From Utricularia gibba (taxonomy: Eukaryota; Plantae; Magnoliophyta), in NCBI GenBank assembly GCA_002189035.1, contig NEEC01000017.1, forward strand, positions 248,001 to 312,000: a stretch of DNA of 64,000 nucleotides, written 5' to 3'. The notes below the pieces were generated by a model, which worked only from the letters and a program-made list of their open reading frames with translations, ran no database searches and was not told the origin of the DNA. This document shows positions 13,709-26,130 of the stretch, one piece after another (position 1 is the stretch's first letter; every line of letters begins with the position of its first letter). The position numbers were made by a program, and so were the translations under genes.

Positions 13709-14741
13709 TTAGTATATTGGGAGCGTGCACTCCTTTGGAAGGCCTTGAGGGAACCTTCTGGTGTCGTTGCAGTAGTTGTAGATCATGCTGTTTTTCTGCA
13801 CCCAATTAATCCACGCCTTCCCTTTCGCGTCCAGCACCTGGTTCCGCCATGCTTGCCCATTGCAAGAGCCGCCGCCCACGACGCATGCTGTCGCAGTGTA
13901 GTTCCGGTACGTCGCGGTGAAGGGGCGGCGTTCCAATCCGTTTTCACGCGGCCGCCTTGCGTAGCCCAGTCCTCGGCATCCCAAATGCTAGCGTACATAT
14001 TCATGGGTCGGGAAGTGGGGAAGGGGACTCCCTTGGAAACATAGTTAAGGAAGACCCGGATGGGAATCCCGTCCACCATGAATCTGCATGCCCGCAAACC
14101 CGAATTAGTAGTGTTTCAGTCGAAGATACATAGGTATGCATGTTTGGCAAGGCTGGCACATACATTATGTTATTTGGGTTCCAGAGAACGCTGTAGGTGT
14201 GAATAGCTTGGGTGGGATCGAACCACAGCCTGAACTGTTGCTCCCGGTTCCCGGAACCCCCAACGTAGATATTGGTGTGCAAGGTATACGGCTGCCCGGA
14301 CGCGTTTCCGAGGAACTCCAAATCAATCTCGTCGTGATCCCACCCTTGAGATGACATCTAAGATAACAAGGCCATGGTAAATAAATGATAATGCTTTAGA
14401 ATTAGAATGGAGTTTCCGGCTTTGCATGTTTTTTACTAATTATTTTTCAAAAGTAATGTTTTTCGAGGCTTACGTAGAAAGTAGCGACGGTGCCAGCGGA
14501 ATTTCCAGGCACGAGCTTGATCCCCATATCGAACCTTCCATACAAATACTGATCATTGGACATGAATCCGGAGCCGGAGCTGCGGTCGAGGGATAGGGAG
14601 AGAGTTTGTCCGTCGGCGGAAATTTGAGCTCTGGGCCTCCGAAAGTTATCCTAACGTCCGGTAAAAGTTCCCGGCCGCGGCGAAAGAGGAAAGAAGGATG
14701 ACGGCGACTGCGATCACCTGAGCATCAAAGAAAGCAGCCAT
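13709..14741 (-). CDS. XTH: Xyloglucan endotransglucosylase/hydrolase (GH16), 3 exons (14741-14474, 14357-14164, 14083-13709); three -1 frameshifts as assembled
   Basis: Signal peptide, '[35 protein letters not shown]', catalytic '[11 protein letters not shown]', '[13 protein letters not shown]', C-terminal '[20 protein letters not shown]'. GT-AG junctions are in phase. The frame is restored only by adding one base at each of 14658-9, 14633-5 and 13922-5. Confidence 0.92.
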
Positions 14742-15217
14742 TTTATTCTTCTGGCGTCGGATGCAAGCACGCTTATATATACGGCATCGGAAAGGTAGCG
14801 TCGTTGACAAAAAGGAGAGCTATGGAGGAAGATTCGGGGGAGAGAGTTTCGCGATCAGCTGGCGGGCGAATTTAATATATTGAGACGTGCTGGCGCGGCA
14901 GGAAAAAGCGTGGTTGTTGTTGTACGTCTCCTAGTAGAGTAGCGTATGGCGGGATCGCCTTTGCGCGTCCGCCCACCGGCATACGAGCCCTACCGATTCA
15001 ATTCGGTTATGCCGTTTGGCTATCTCTGCCAGCGGGCATGGTGCCTGGGTGCACATTCATGCATAATTTGACTTTCGATGAAGATAGCTCCGCTGTATCG
15101 CACCGGACCGGACTCGAATAAATTATTGCCGAGTGATGATACAAAAGTCAACAGTACTTGAATAGTAACCTGGTTTGAGGCGCCAGGCTGCCACGTAATT
15201 TAATTTAAAATACAGCA

Positions 15218-15247
15218 CAATCCCAATCCCAATCCCAATCCCAATCC
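15218..15247. repeat. (CAATCC)5 hexamer microsatellite in the XTH/PDF1 intergenic region
   Basis: Directly visible. Confidence 0.9.
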
Positions 15248-15842
15248 AGACGCCAGCCTGGCGGGTGGCAAAGTCAATAATTGGTAACAGCAGTTTGAAC
15301 ACAACGTGCATTTTTCCACTACACCAAATCAATAATATTACAAATAATTAAATGGCGGTTAAGTCCCTTCTCCTTAATTATTTCTGCTGATGTCAGTGTG
15401 CAGTAATTTTTTTTTTTTTTTTTTTTTACTTTAGTAGGGAAAATAAAAATGGTGTTGTAATAAGGGAGGCTTATGTCTGGCTCCCACCAAAATCTGTCGT
15501 CACGGAGGCGGTGCACTTCCATTTGGAGTCTCGGCACCAGCTCCTCTGTCTCGACCATTACTGTTCCCCCAGTTCCAAAGCACGACGTCCTTATTTTTTT
15601 TTTCTACACATGCCTTCCCAGAACTCCACGCGCAATAACTCTCTACTCGGCCTCCCAGGCGACACCTGCCCCCACGTTTTGTTTTATTTTGTGTTTGTTG
15701 AGGATGGCGATGACACCAGTGCATTCTCCAAAAAAAAAAAAAAAAAAAGTGTAGCTCCATGAGTTTATTTATTACTCACCACTACCATCATCCTCTCTAT
15801 ACCACCCCTTCCCTTCTTTCTTGTTGTAGGAGGGGAAAAGAG

Positions 15843-16653
15843 ATGGAGAGAAACCAGATTCTGATATGGGCTGCTCTCCTTAGCCAAATCATGTTCATTC
15901 ATGCACTGTCCCCCTCCAGCTTTCTTGATGAGAAGCATTACTACTCCAACAATCCTCCTCATGCACCTTCCCCTCCCAAAGGTAGTTTTATTTTTTATTT
16001 TTTTTATTTTTTATTTGTTTCGCTTCTTCAGTTTTTGGGCATGGGTTGATGACAAACCTGGTTTTATGGTCATAGTTTCAGTTGGTCCTCCACACCTTCC
16101 AAAAGGTAAGCCATCCTCTGGCTGTGGCGAAGGGTACTACCATTCTCCACCAACCTCAGCTCCTCCGGTCACCGTAAAACCGCCTGTGTTGACTCATCCG
16201 ACTCACCCATTTCCATTTTATCCAAAGCCTCACCCTTTCACTTGCATGTAAGTAAAAACGAGAAAGCATCAACTTTGTTGCAAATTCAAATCGTACCACA
16301 TAATTGTTTACTCGTTCTTTCTATTGGAATATAATGTCAGATACTGGAAGAATCACCCGAATCTAGTTTGGGGATTAGTTGGCTGGTGGGGAAAGCTAAG
16401 AAACACATTTGGAATCTTCAAATTTCCTGGTCTTGCTTCCAATCCGAACGTGATGGAGGCTCTTTCCAACACCGGCACAGATGGATATGGAGAGCTATAC
16501 AGAGAAGGAACCGCAGCTCTGCTAAACGCCATGGCGCAAAAGAGGTTCCCTTACACTGCAAGCCAGGTCAAGCAAACCTTCGTTACAGCTATGGTTTCAG
16601 AAGAAGCCGCTGCCGCTCAGGCCAGGATCTTCAAGATGGCCAACGAGGGCTGA
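15843..16653 (+). CDS. PDF1: PROTODERMAL FACTOR 1-like proline-rich protein, 3 exons (15843-15981, ~16082-16247, 16341-16653)
   Basis: Signal peptide, Pro-rich middle, conserved C-terminus 'YWKNHPNLVWGLVGWWG...EALSNTGTDGYGELYREGTAALLN...RIFKMANEG'. Junctions are in phase; the exon-2 acceptor could also be the in-frame AG 6 nt upstream. Confidence 0.88.
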
Positions 16654-17130
16654 ATTGAAGTCGAGTTTTCGTCATTCACTGTACTCTGCATGCAACGACA
16701 TTCGATAATGATTTTTTTTTCCTGTTTTTCAAGTTTATTCAACATCAGGACTGTTACATCCGACTGAATGGCAAACATAAAATGCAACTCGCAAAGCACA
16801 CTGTGTTTTTTTTAGATTAATACTAATTTTGGCATAAGTGTTAACAATGTGACAAAATTAACCACTACAGTTTTAGTAATTTAATTAATTTGGTAGTTTT
16901 GATCTGTCTATTACCAAAAATTGAACATTTGTACTACAGTTTTAGTACAATTGAACACACAGAATGCTGTATATACATCTTGTACTATATCCAAAAATTC
17001 TTACAATAGAAGCAACATTTGTATGATTTGAATGAATACTCTTATTTTGTAAATTTCATTCCAATAAACATATTTATGACTGTTTTTGATATTATCCTTG
17101 ATGGGCCGAAAATCAGTGTGCCATAATGGA

Positions 17131-17657
17131 GGTTACCCATAACCCATGTTCGTGTACATTCGATCCTTATGTATTTTAAGGATCGAATGCATTGTTTATG
17201 CATACCGTTTGTGCGTGGCACACGGACGTGGCACACGGACGTGGCATGCTGTTGACACGGATGTGGCACACGGACGTGGCATGCTGTTGACACGGACGTG
17301 GGTAACTCATAACCCACGTCTGTGTGCATTCGATCCTTATGTATTTTAAAGATTGAATGCATTGTTTATGCATACCGTATATGTGTGGCACACGGACGTC
17401 GGTTACCCATAACCCACGTTCATGTGCATTCGATCCTTATGTATTTTAAAGATTGAATGCATTGTTTATGCATACCGTATATGTGTGGCACACGTACGTC
17501 GGTTACCCATAACCCACGTCCGTGTGCATTCGATCCTTATGTATTTTAAGGATCGAATGCATTGTTTATGCATAACATATGTACGTAACACACGGATGTG
17601 GGTTACCCATAACCCATGTCCGATCCTTATACACGGACATGGGTTATGGGTAACCCA
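17131..17657. repeat. Tandem array of 100-bp units, each with internal inverted repeats, ending in a 24-bp perfect hairpin
   Basis: Units start at 17131 (expanded to 170 bp), 17301, 17401, 17501 and 17601 (partial). Inner stem (T)GCATTCGATCCTTA-TGTATTT-TAAGGATCGAATGC(A). Terminal stem 17599-17622 / 17634-17657. Confidence 0.95.
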
Positions 17658-18260
17658 ACTACTGATGCATTTAACAGTATACGGGTAACTTCTTCAAACT
17701 AGCCCATACTAAAGAAAGAACAAATCTTTATAAATGAGTAACAACCTACACATGAAAAGCATTCCAATGGAATTTGCAATTCTCTAAAAATGAACAGACA
17801 CGAGAAGGCATTTTTCTTAACATTCATGAATGCACAATGCTCACAAAAGATGCACCACTGAATTAAAACCCTAAAAATCAAAGCCTTCTGATACTCCAGG
17901 GCAGGGCGACGCGATTTTGAAGCTATTGTATTCTTTGTACAACTATCTTTCACCAAGCTTTCATGGAGGGATTGAACGGGAATGGGAGGGAGACGAGGGC
18001 AATTGAATATGTGAAGTAAATGCATCACATTTAATGGGTCAGATTTAGGCTTTAGGATTCAATTAGGGAACCTAAATTTTAATAAAATCAAAAACATATT
18101 CTATGGTTATCTTAACTGTGTTTTGAAATTTTTTTATGCCAATCTATAATATAGTTATCAAATAAGAGTGGTTTCATATTTTTTCGATATCATATGAATT
18201 TTTTAAAAATCAAAGACCAAAATTGAAACTTTTAAAAGGTGATGCACTATTTTAATTAAT

Positions 18261-18390
18261 TTCAAAACGTGATGTTTTAGAAATGCAATATCTGAAACGT
18301 GATGTTTTTGTTGAGTAGTTTTCAAAACATGATGTTTGTGTTGAGTAATTTTCAAAACGGGATGTTTTGTTTGAGTAACCTTAAAAACGT
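18261..18390. repeat. ~4.3 x 30-bp tandem repeat (TTCAAAACGTGATGTTTT...GAGTAATT), typical of DNA-transposon subterminal repeats
   Basis: Unit starts at 18261, 18291, 18321, 18351 and 18381. The transposon origin is inference. Confidence 0.8.
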
Positions 18391-18759
18391 AACGAACCAA
18401 TTCTCTAATTTTATTAACGTGATAAACTAGTATCGAAAAAATTTATAACGTGATAAACTCAAAGTGAAATCATCTCTTTTTCTTTTTGAAAGCAATGGCA
18501 AACTTGTTCTTTTATTATTAGAAGCTCATTGGCATCAGTACAATTGAAAGAAATAAATTGACATATGCACCAACTAAGAACACAAAAACATGACATCAAC
18601 TATGACCATGCTCTAAACTGGAAAAAAAGAAAACAATTGCAACTACTCCATAAAACATGTTTTTTTGCATTCTGTTTGAATTTTTTACATTTTTTATATT
18701 TACACAATAAATAATTAAATGATCATATTATTATTGTAAAACTAAATCTATAGACTTTT

Positions 18760-19340
18760 GCACTATGTTTCATCATCTATTTGTTGCTCAATTTAGAGAC
18801 TTTTAAGATATAGAAACCAGTTGTTGATTTTTTGGTGATTGCACAATTTGCTCAATTTGCATCAGAAAATGCAATGATAGATAACTTCTCATGAATTCCA
18901 AATGGAGACCGAATTGAAGCATTCCTTTCGATATCTCATTGTCCTTCTAGCATGCTGCATATGGATGATTCTTGAGGCACTCATAAACTAAGATAATTTA
19001 TTATGAATGCGAAGTCAAGCCTTGTGATTGTTAGGTGATCAAGTATTCCATCAATTTGATGATAGAGTCTCCCATCTTTTAAAGATTACTTTACAAGTGA
19101 AATGTGAAAATATTTGACTAAATCCATGAACATTACATGGGCTTGCATTGCAACATTTATGTTTGTTGCAAAATTGTATAAGCATAATGTGCTTGTGAGA
19201 GATGCATCCCAATTGTAATAGGAAGCACCTCAACTACTAGAAAGTGATGTGAGTTTTTCAAGTCTTCAATAGCAAATTTCAGTTGTCGGAGATGTAGCAT
19301 TGTTCTTAATAATGTCATGAAGGAACTAGTTTGTATCATA
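18760..19340 (-). mobile_element. Ty1/copia RT-RNase H remnant
   Basis: Minus strand reads 'LTITRLDFAFIINYLS...ARRTMRY...IIAFSDAN*ANCAITKKSTTGF', the copia RT/RNase H junction. Confidence 0.7.
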
Positions 19341-19857
19341 TTATTAACATAGAAGAGTATGAAAATAGAGCCTTATATGGAGTGTAGAATTGTTATGACT
19401 CACCATTGACTTGCATAATATTATATATTTCGAGCACCCAATCCTCATAGTTAGTGTTACATGTATTTGAAAAATATGACTGTTTTGGCATATTGAATAT
19501 GTATTTGATATGTGATACCTCGATAAATAATAAAATACATATTGGCATATAAAAAAAACAGAATTTTTTTTTATTTTTCAGGTTGATCGCGAGAGGGCTT
19601 TCTAACTAGATTTCAATTTCTTTGTCTTCGAATTTGCGATTTCATCAATCTTACTGCTTGTCTAATGCTGACGATCATAATCAGAGTATTGAAATCTATT
19701 TGCTTTCAATCCCAAATGTTTTTTTGGGTTAGGGTTGTTTGAACTAAGAGGTTTTGGCATAGGTCTTTTTAATTTTCTATGTTTTTGAATGAATGATGTA
19801 TAGTTGTATTTTATTTTGATCATCTTTTCAATTTCTAATTGTTGCTGCTGTGATTCA

Positions 19858-22800
19858 ATGGCTTCTGAAAATATTGAGATTGTGGATGATAGTAATGTTG
19901 GGTTTCTCGTAGACATCATATGTCTCAAAAGCAGCGGAATTTTAAAATTTTGAGAAACTCCCAACGCAGATCTTGGAATACGGTATACATCAGACATAGG
20001 GATGTTCAAAGTACCTTTCAGATGACTCCGTTCTTCACCAACCGCCAATATCAGACGGCTTCTATGGTATCCACACGTGGAGCACTCCGTCGATAACCTT
20101 CTCAAGGCTCTTGAATGTTGGTCGATAACCTTCTCAAGGCTCTTGAATGCTGGTCGAATTTCTCAGGTGCTAGTAGAGAAAAACGCCTCCTTGTGGATTA
20201 GTCTCAAAGAGCACGAAGACCTTGGAGCAGATCTCAAGATCTAAATCTTTTGATGATAGATATTTTGTGACATATCAAATCATATCTATATGAGATCTTT
20301 TATTTTGAGTTTAATCAATATTAATCTCAAAATAATTCTCTATTTAATTTATACACTTTACCAATTACATCTCATGTAATTGTGTCATTCTATTTTATAG
20401 CGATGAGTAACTCTACTATTGTGTGTGACTCTATAGGCTTCCTCAATCAAGGCCGTAATAATGGATTTATTAATTAACTCATAATTAATCAAATCCATCA
20501 TTATCGATCATGAGTGATGTCTAGTAACATATCATGATCCCCAAGATTAAAGAATAATCAGGTGAATTGATTGAGACTTTCCATGACCAACCACCATACA
20601 ATGAACAGTTTTCATCATACTTATATCTCATTCGGTACCAGAACATGGGTGTGTGTCTTTCTGATGTATCGAACTTATAATTGCATTCAAGCACTAACAC
20701 TCAATGACCTACTCAAACAATTTGAGTATCATTACCCTGGGCCCAGGACTTACTGTTAGGCTTTGATGCAATTACTAGAGATATGATCTCATTGCTAACA
20801 TGAGTGATGAATCCTTTATTGATCAATCAACTATCTCCAACCTTAAGGAGTCACATCCCTACTCATCCATACTAGGCAAGCCATGGTTAGGCTCCCATTA
20901 GTAATGAGCGAAAATGTGAGCTTAACATCAAGATAACTTTGTTGACCTCAAGTCTAAGCTTAATTGCACGGCTGTCATATTCGAGATCTTGCTACTGACA
21001 CTTGGTTAGCTTCCCATTGTAGCATCTCGAAGATGAGTCATCCAGTGAATCGATTCTCTAATCGACATCCACACATAGGTTCTAGTAATCTCATTACGTC
21101 AATTGTGAGAACCATTGCCTAAATAGTTTAGGGAACTCAATGTGTGCCAGCTTATCCGTATTTGTGATATCCTCATTTCACAAACACTCTAACCAGGGAG
21201 TTTTTAACTTGAACATAAATGCTTGAAGAATCTCACATTATGATCTCATTATAATTTCTATAGCACATAGATCAAGTAGAGCATTTTATCAATGATATAA
21301 ATTTGATCACAATTCAAGGTAAATATCAAAGGATAAGATTTGCCAATGAGTTGATTGTCTCTAGAACACATACACCAACAAGTAACGACCAGTTAGGAGA
21401 TGAATCTGAGAATGAAGTTCAAGATAGATGACCTTTTTGAAAGTATGGTGAGAACCATGGAAGGATTAGAAACACTACTAATGTTTCTTTCACTTGCAAC
21501 TATTGTAAAAAAAAAATTATAGGCTCATATTCAAGAATTATAGCACATTTATTGAAGATAAAGAGCCAAGGAATTGATATTTATCCAGATATTAATGCTT
21601 CTCAGAGAATTGAATTAGTTAGAGTTGACAATCGATCAAAGAGGAGGAGAACTCCTCCAACTCCAAGGCCAGAATCATCTAGAGTTAGTCAACTTTTAAT
21701 TGATTCTTTCTTTTATCCACCACCAAGGAAAAATGGTTCTAAAAAACTATTGAGGAAGCATTTCAACTGCAAGTTAGAAATGAATTGGATTTAGCAATTG
21801 TTAGGTTATTTTCTTTAGCTAGTATTGCATTTAATGTAGTTAGGAATCCACATTTCAAAGAGATGATTAAATTAGCTTGTGAATCTAGATTGAAAGATAC
21901 ATACCCTTGGCAACGTGATTTATTTTTTAGATTTTCAAATGTTGTTGTGGCTATTTTTTATTTTTAAATGCTGTTATTTTTCATATTTTTGAATGTTGCT
22001 GTTATGCTTTTCGAAATATTGAATGAAATGAATGCTGATAATATGTCTTTCTATTTGTTTTATTGGATACAAACCACCCGGTTATAATGTTACAATAACA
22101 AAGCTTTTAAAACTAGAATGAGAAAAGATTGATGCTATACTTGAACTGATTAGAGAAACTTGGGAGACTAAAGGTGTATAAATTGCTTTAGATGGATGGA
22201 AGGACCCCAAGATATTGTTCTTGAGCAATTTTATGACAGTAAATGAGTTTGGAACCCTATTCTTTGAAGCACATAATTGTGAAAGAGAGAAAAAAGATGT
22301 TGCGTATATTTCTATGTTGATAGAGAAAGCAATCATGTTGGCATAGATAATGTGGTCCAAGTTATAACTGACAATGTCAAGAATTGTAAGGGAGCTGGTT
22401 TGTTTGTGCAATAAAAATATTCTAAGGTAGTTTCATATTTAATCAGAAATATGTTGCTATGCTTCATTATCTCCTTGATCAGAAACTTGTTGCCATTCTT
22501 TTATTGCTTTACAAATATGATAGTTTCATTTCATTCAAAATTCAAAACCTTTTACTTGCTAAATATTTTATATAATTCCTCATTTGAACTACAATTGTAG
22601 ATTTATTGGAGTCCATGCCAAGTTCACAGCCTTAACTTAGTCTTCAAAGACTTGTTTAATGCAAAGAACACAAGGGGAAATGAAGGTGCATTTGAAGCAT
22701 TCGCATGGATGTCTAGGGTGGTGAAGAGATTGATTATGGTGAGGAACTTCATAACAAATCACAGTAAATGGAAACTTATGTTTCATAAATACTCCAAAGT

Positions 22801-23660
22801 TGCATTATTAACTCTAAATGACACTCAATTTGCATCCTACATTTTCATGATGTTACGGTTTCAAAGTGTTAGAGATAATTTGACTCATATGATATCTGAT
22901 AGTAATTGGAATACATTTAGGCATGAAAATGTTGATGAAGCCTTAGAAGTTTAAAAAACAATTTTGGATGGTGATTTGTGGGAATATGTTGGTTATATTT
23001 TAAAGTTTATTAAATCTATCTATACCTTGCTACGTGAATTTGATAATAATAAGGCGAGTTTGCATTTTTTTTTTATCTTGGTTGGAGCAATGTAATGTGT
23101 AAGGTCAAGAGAGTGATTCTTGATTATGAAAGTTGCAGTGTTGCGGATGAATCACTCTTTTGGGGGTTTTTTAAGAAAGTGCTTGAAAAAAGGTGTTTGA
23201 ATGTGATAACTCCATTGCACGCCATGGTATACTTTTTAAACCCGAGGTATAATGAAATACAATTACATTTTTGTTTATGGTCTTACAAATTTGCTATTTA
23301 CAAATTACCATCTGTCGTAATTGCTCCTATAGGTGCACTACAAAACAATGGCTAGAGAAGTATTTTGAGCTTGCACCGGTTCATCTAGATTCAATTGTAG
23401 CTAAATTAAGAATGGAGTGGTTGGATGATTTTTTTTTTTTATCCTGATTCCCATTCTTTATAGTATCTGAACTTATAAGATTTCTAGGGTGCCGACAAGA
23501 GTTTGTGAATCATTCTTCCTTGGCATATAAAACACAAGATCCCATTGAATAGTGGTATGCTTATGGTACTTCTGCTATGTATCTTCGAAGTGTGGCTATT
23601 AAGTTGTTGGCACAAGTTTACTCTTCTTGTTGTTGTGAAAGGAATTGGAGCATGTAGTTT
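19858..23660 (+). mobile_element. hAT transposase pseudogene (BED finger, DUF659-type core, dimerisation domain), interrupted by solo LTR A
   Basis: ATG at 19858; after removing the LTR it reads 'MASENIEIVDDSNDQLG...FTCNYCKKKIIGSYSRIIAHLLKIK'. Also 'DGWKDPK' (~22190), 'VHSLNLVFKDL' (~22620), 'TPLHAMVYFLNPRY' (~23150-23210), 'VAIKLLAQVYSSCCCERNWS' (~23590-23652). TIRs not located. Confidence 0.88.
19896..21380 (-). mobile_element. Solo LTR A (Angela-like Copia, 1485 bp), TSD AGTAA
   Basis: TG...CA termini (TGTTGGTGTATGTGTTCTAG... on the minus strand); AGTAA at 19891-19895 and 21381-21385; reverse-complement match to 33075-34573. The lineage call rests on resemblance only. Confidence 0.93.
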
Positions 23661-23719
23661 TTTATGAATAGACAAGATATATGTATATTGATTGTCACGT
23701 GGTGCACAAGAATTATGTA

Positions 23720-24350
23720 TCAGGTTTATTAATGCCAAAGCATGTTCTATCGAAGGTACATATTGTTGATCTTTTTACTAAGGCTTTGCCAATCTTATAG
23801 ATTCAATGCTTTCGATCTCCAACCAAACCATTACAAATTTGAAGATTGTTTGGGTGCTCAAGATGCTTCATCTTGAGAGGGTAGTGTTGAAATAATGATC
23901 ATTAATATTAGAAATCTTTTTGTTCAATACGATAGCTTGATGATAGATAAATGTGTACTGTTTTAGGTACCGTTTTAGGTTCTATATTTTATGTGTACTG
24001 AGCTATATATGTAATGATTTTTTCCTTCAATGAAGGTATGATAGTTTTCTTCTTCCCTCATCCCTTTTTTTTCTACACAAGATACACTAGACAAGTTTCA
24101 TGTGGGATTCATCAAGAAGAATTTGACAATTCTTCAATGTGCAATGATACTTATAAGAAAAGTTATGAGTGTATTTATAATAAGGTATGTTGTAAATCTA
24201 CCACATTATTAATTCAGTGTTTTTTTAACTCTATTTATAGAGTTTTTGGAACCTTACAATGTATGATTTGCACGATGGCTTTGTTGTTCTTTTCCTATCC
24301 TAGTCACTATTCATAAGCATGTGATCATCTTTCATTAAAGTCTAATTGTT
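23720..24350 (+). mobile_element. Copia 3' end fragment (RNase H end, PPT, start of LTR)
   Basis: 'HIVDLFTKALP' at ~23755-23790, purine tract TTGAGAGGGTAG at ~23874-23885, then TGTTG. The right end is uncertain. Confidence 0.55.
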
Positions 24351-26130
24351 CATAAGATACTCAATCAAATAAATTTGGGTCTGTTTATTCAAGAGCTTAG
24401 TTTTGGGTTGACTTTCCTCATCAGATATATTCCTCACACTCATCACATTCATGAGAGTTGGGGGGAAATTTCCAAAGAAAAATGATCATTTTCCACTCGA
24501 CAAGGTCAAATGCTTAGATGGAAGACTACATTGCCACCCCTCATATTTTGTGGAAATGTTATGTCTCTTGCAACAAATTTAGGTCTGAACACTACTACTG
24601 GATTATTAGTGTAGTTTGTTTTAGTTGATCTTTGTGTCTATTTAGGTTGTCTTACATTTCATTAGGTTGTCCTTGTTTCGTCTAATCAATTACAACTTCC
24701 TTTTTTCCGTGTTATTTTCATAGGAGCTAATTACCAATAGCTTGAGAGTTATCTTCCCCTACCAACATCTTATTTGATTTCACTCATCACAATTGGTATT
24801 AGAGCAACGGTTCAATGGATGAAACTCAATCAAGTGTCGTGTGGAAATTTAATGGAGAAAATTATGCTATGTGGTTAGTTCAGATGGCTACGTACCTCCA
24901 AGAAATGAAACTATGGTAAACATTAAACATGCTGATGCAATTCAAGGTGTTTCCAACCAATGCATTGTTGGATAGGATCAAGCAGTTAGAAGACCTCCAA
25001 ATCTATAATTCCAAGAACTTTAACTTGTAAAACAGCCAAAGAAATTTGGGATAAGTTGAAGACAAAATTCGAAGTCATTGCTCACTACAAAGAGATGAGG
25101 ATTGCTGATCTTGAAATAGAATAAGAGAGCATGTGAATGCTGCCCTTTGAGACAATCAAAACTTGCATTGATTGTTTTATGAAGATAGTAATGCAAATGC
25201 AAATGTTAGAAAATATACCGAGTTCACCCTTGCCAAGTAAATCATGCATATTGTTCTTCCTTGCTTTGAATTGAAAATTTCATCTTTGGAGTGCAGTATT
25301 GAATATCCCAATTTAATAGTTGCTAAACTCTTAAGTGCCCTGCAAGCTTTAAAATGTAGGGTGGCTGCAAGAGATTAAGTGCTAGAACGGGTACTCACTG
25401 TTCTCAACATTATCAAAACATATAACAAACAACTTGAAATATAAAGTGAATAAATCTAAGACAAGCAAAGACAAAGAGGCTAAAAAAAAGGATAAGAGGA
25501 AGTTCATACCATGTGAATATTACAAGCAAAGCGCTCACTACAAAAATAATTGTATGTACATTTGACGCACACTACTCCATATGCAAACAACAGGGGCATG
25601 TTGATAAGGTATGTAAGTAGAAAAAACAATATCAAGTAAATCCATTGGTGGTTGAGGTCATGCAAACTGGCCATTTTGAAAGTCTCTTTGCTATCTTGGT
25701 TACGAAACCCACTAAAACTCCTATGAGATTTAGGTCTCAACAAATCATAAAGTTCTCTTTGTAGGAAATTTGATTCCATGCATAGTTTGTAACCTTGGAT
25801 GATTGGTAGAATTTGAATATTCAGCTCACATGACAGATAAGCAACATTTATTTTCCATATTAAGTTTCTCATGCACAAATAGTGTATGACTTGGAAATAA
25901 AAATACACTACGAGCATTGCCAAAGGCTCTATACTGGTTCAACATCAATCTGTTAAGTATTGAAAAATTGGATGATAAAGGAATTATATTCATTTTTGGA
26001 GGAGGCACTCTCAAGATTACAGATCCAAAAGATTTTGAGGTCATACACATTCTAACCATTAGAGATAACTATTTCTACCTTGGCCTCCATTGCAACAACA
26101 ATGGATGACTTGAGATGGCATAAAGCCTTA

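Noticed and set aside
15473-15762. Overlapping ORFs and a possible miRNA in the XTH-PDF1 spacer
   Set aside because: No splice-consistent model, no recognisable protein, no long hairpin, and no full match to a miRNA I recognise.
14800-15842. L1 box (TAAATGYA) expected upstream of PDF1
   Set aside because: Only near-misses seen (TGCATTTT ~15307, TAAATGGC ~15350); no exact match found by eye.
17131-17657. CRISPR-like reading of the palindromic array
   Set aside because: The intervening sequences are near-identical rather than unique spacers, the context is eukaryotic, and no cas genes are present.
17042-17688. Several overlapping 67-106-aa ORFs with repeated peptides
   Set aside because: They are by-products of the tandem array.
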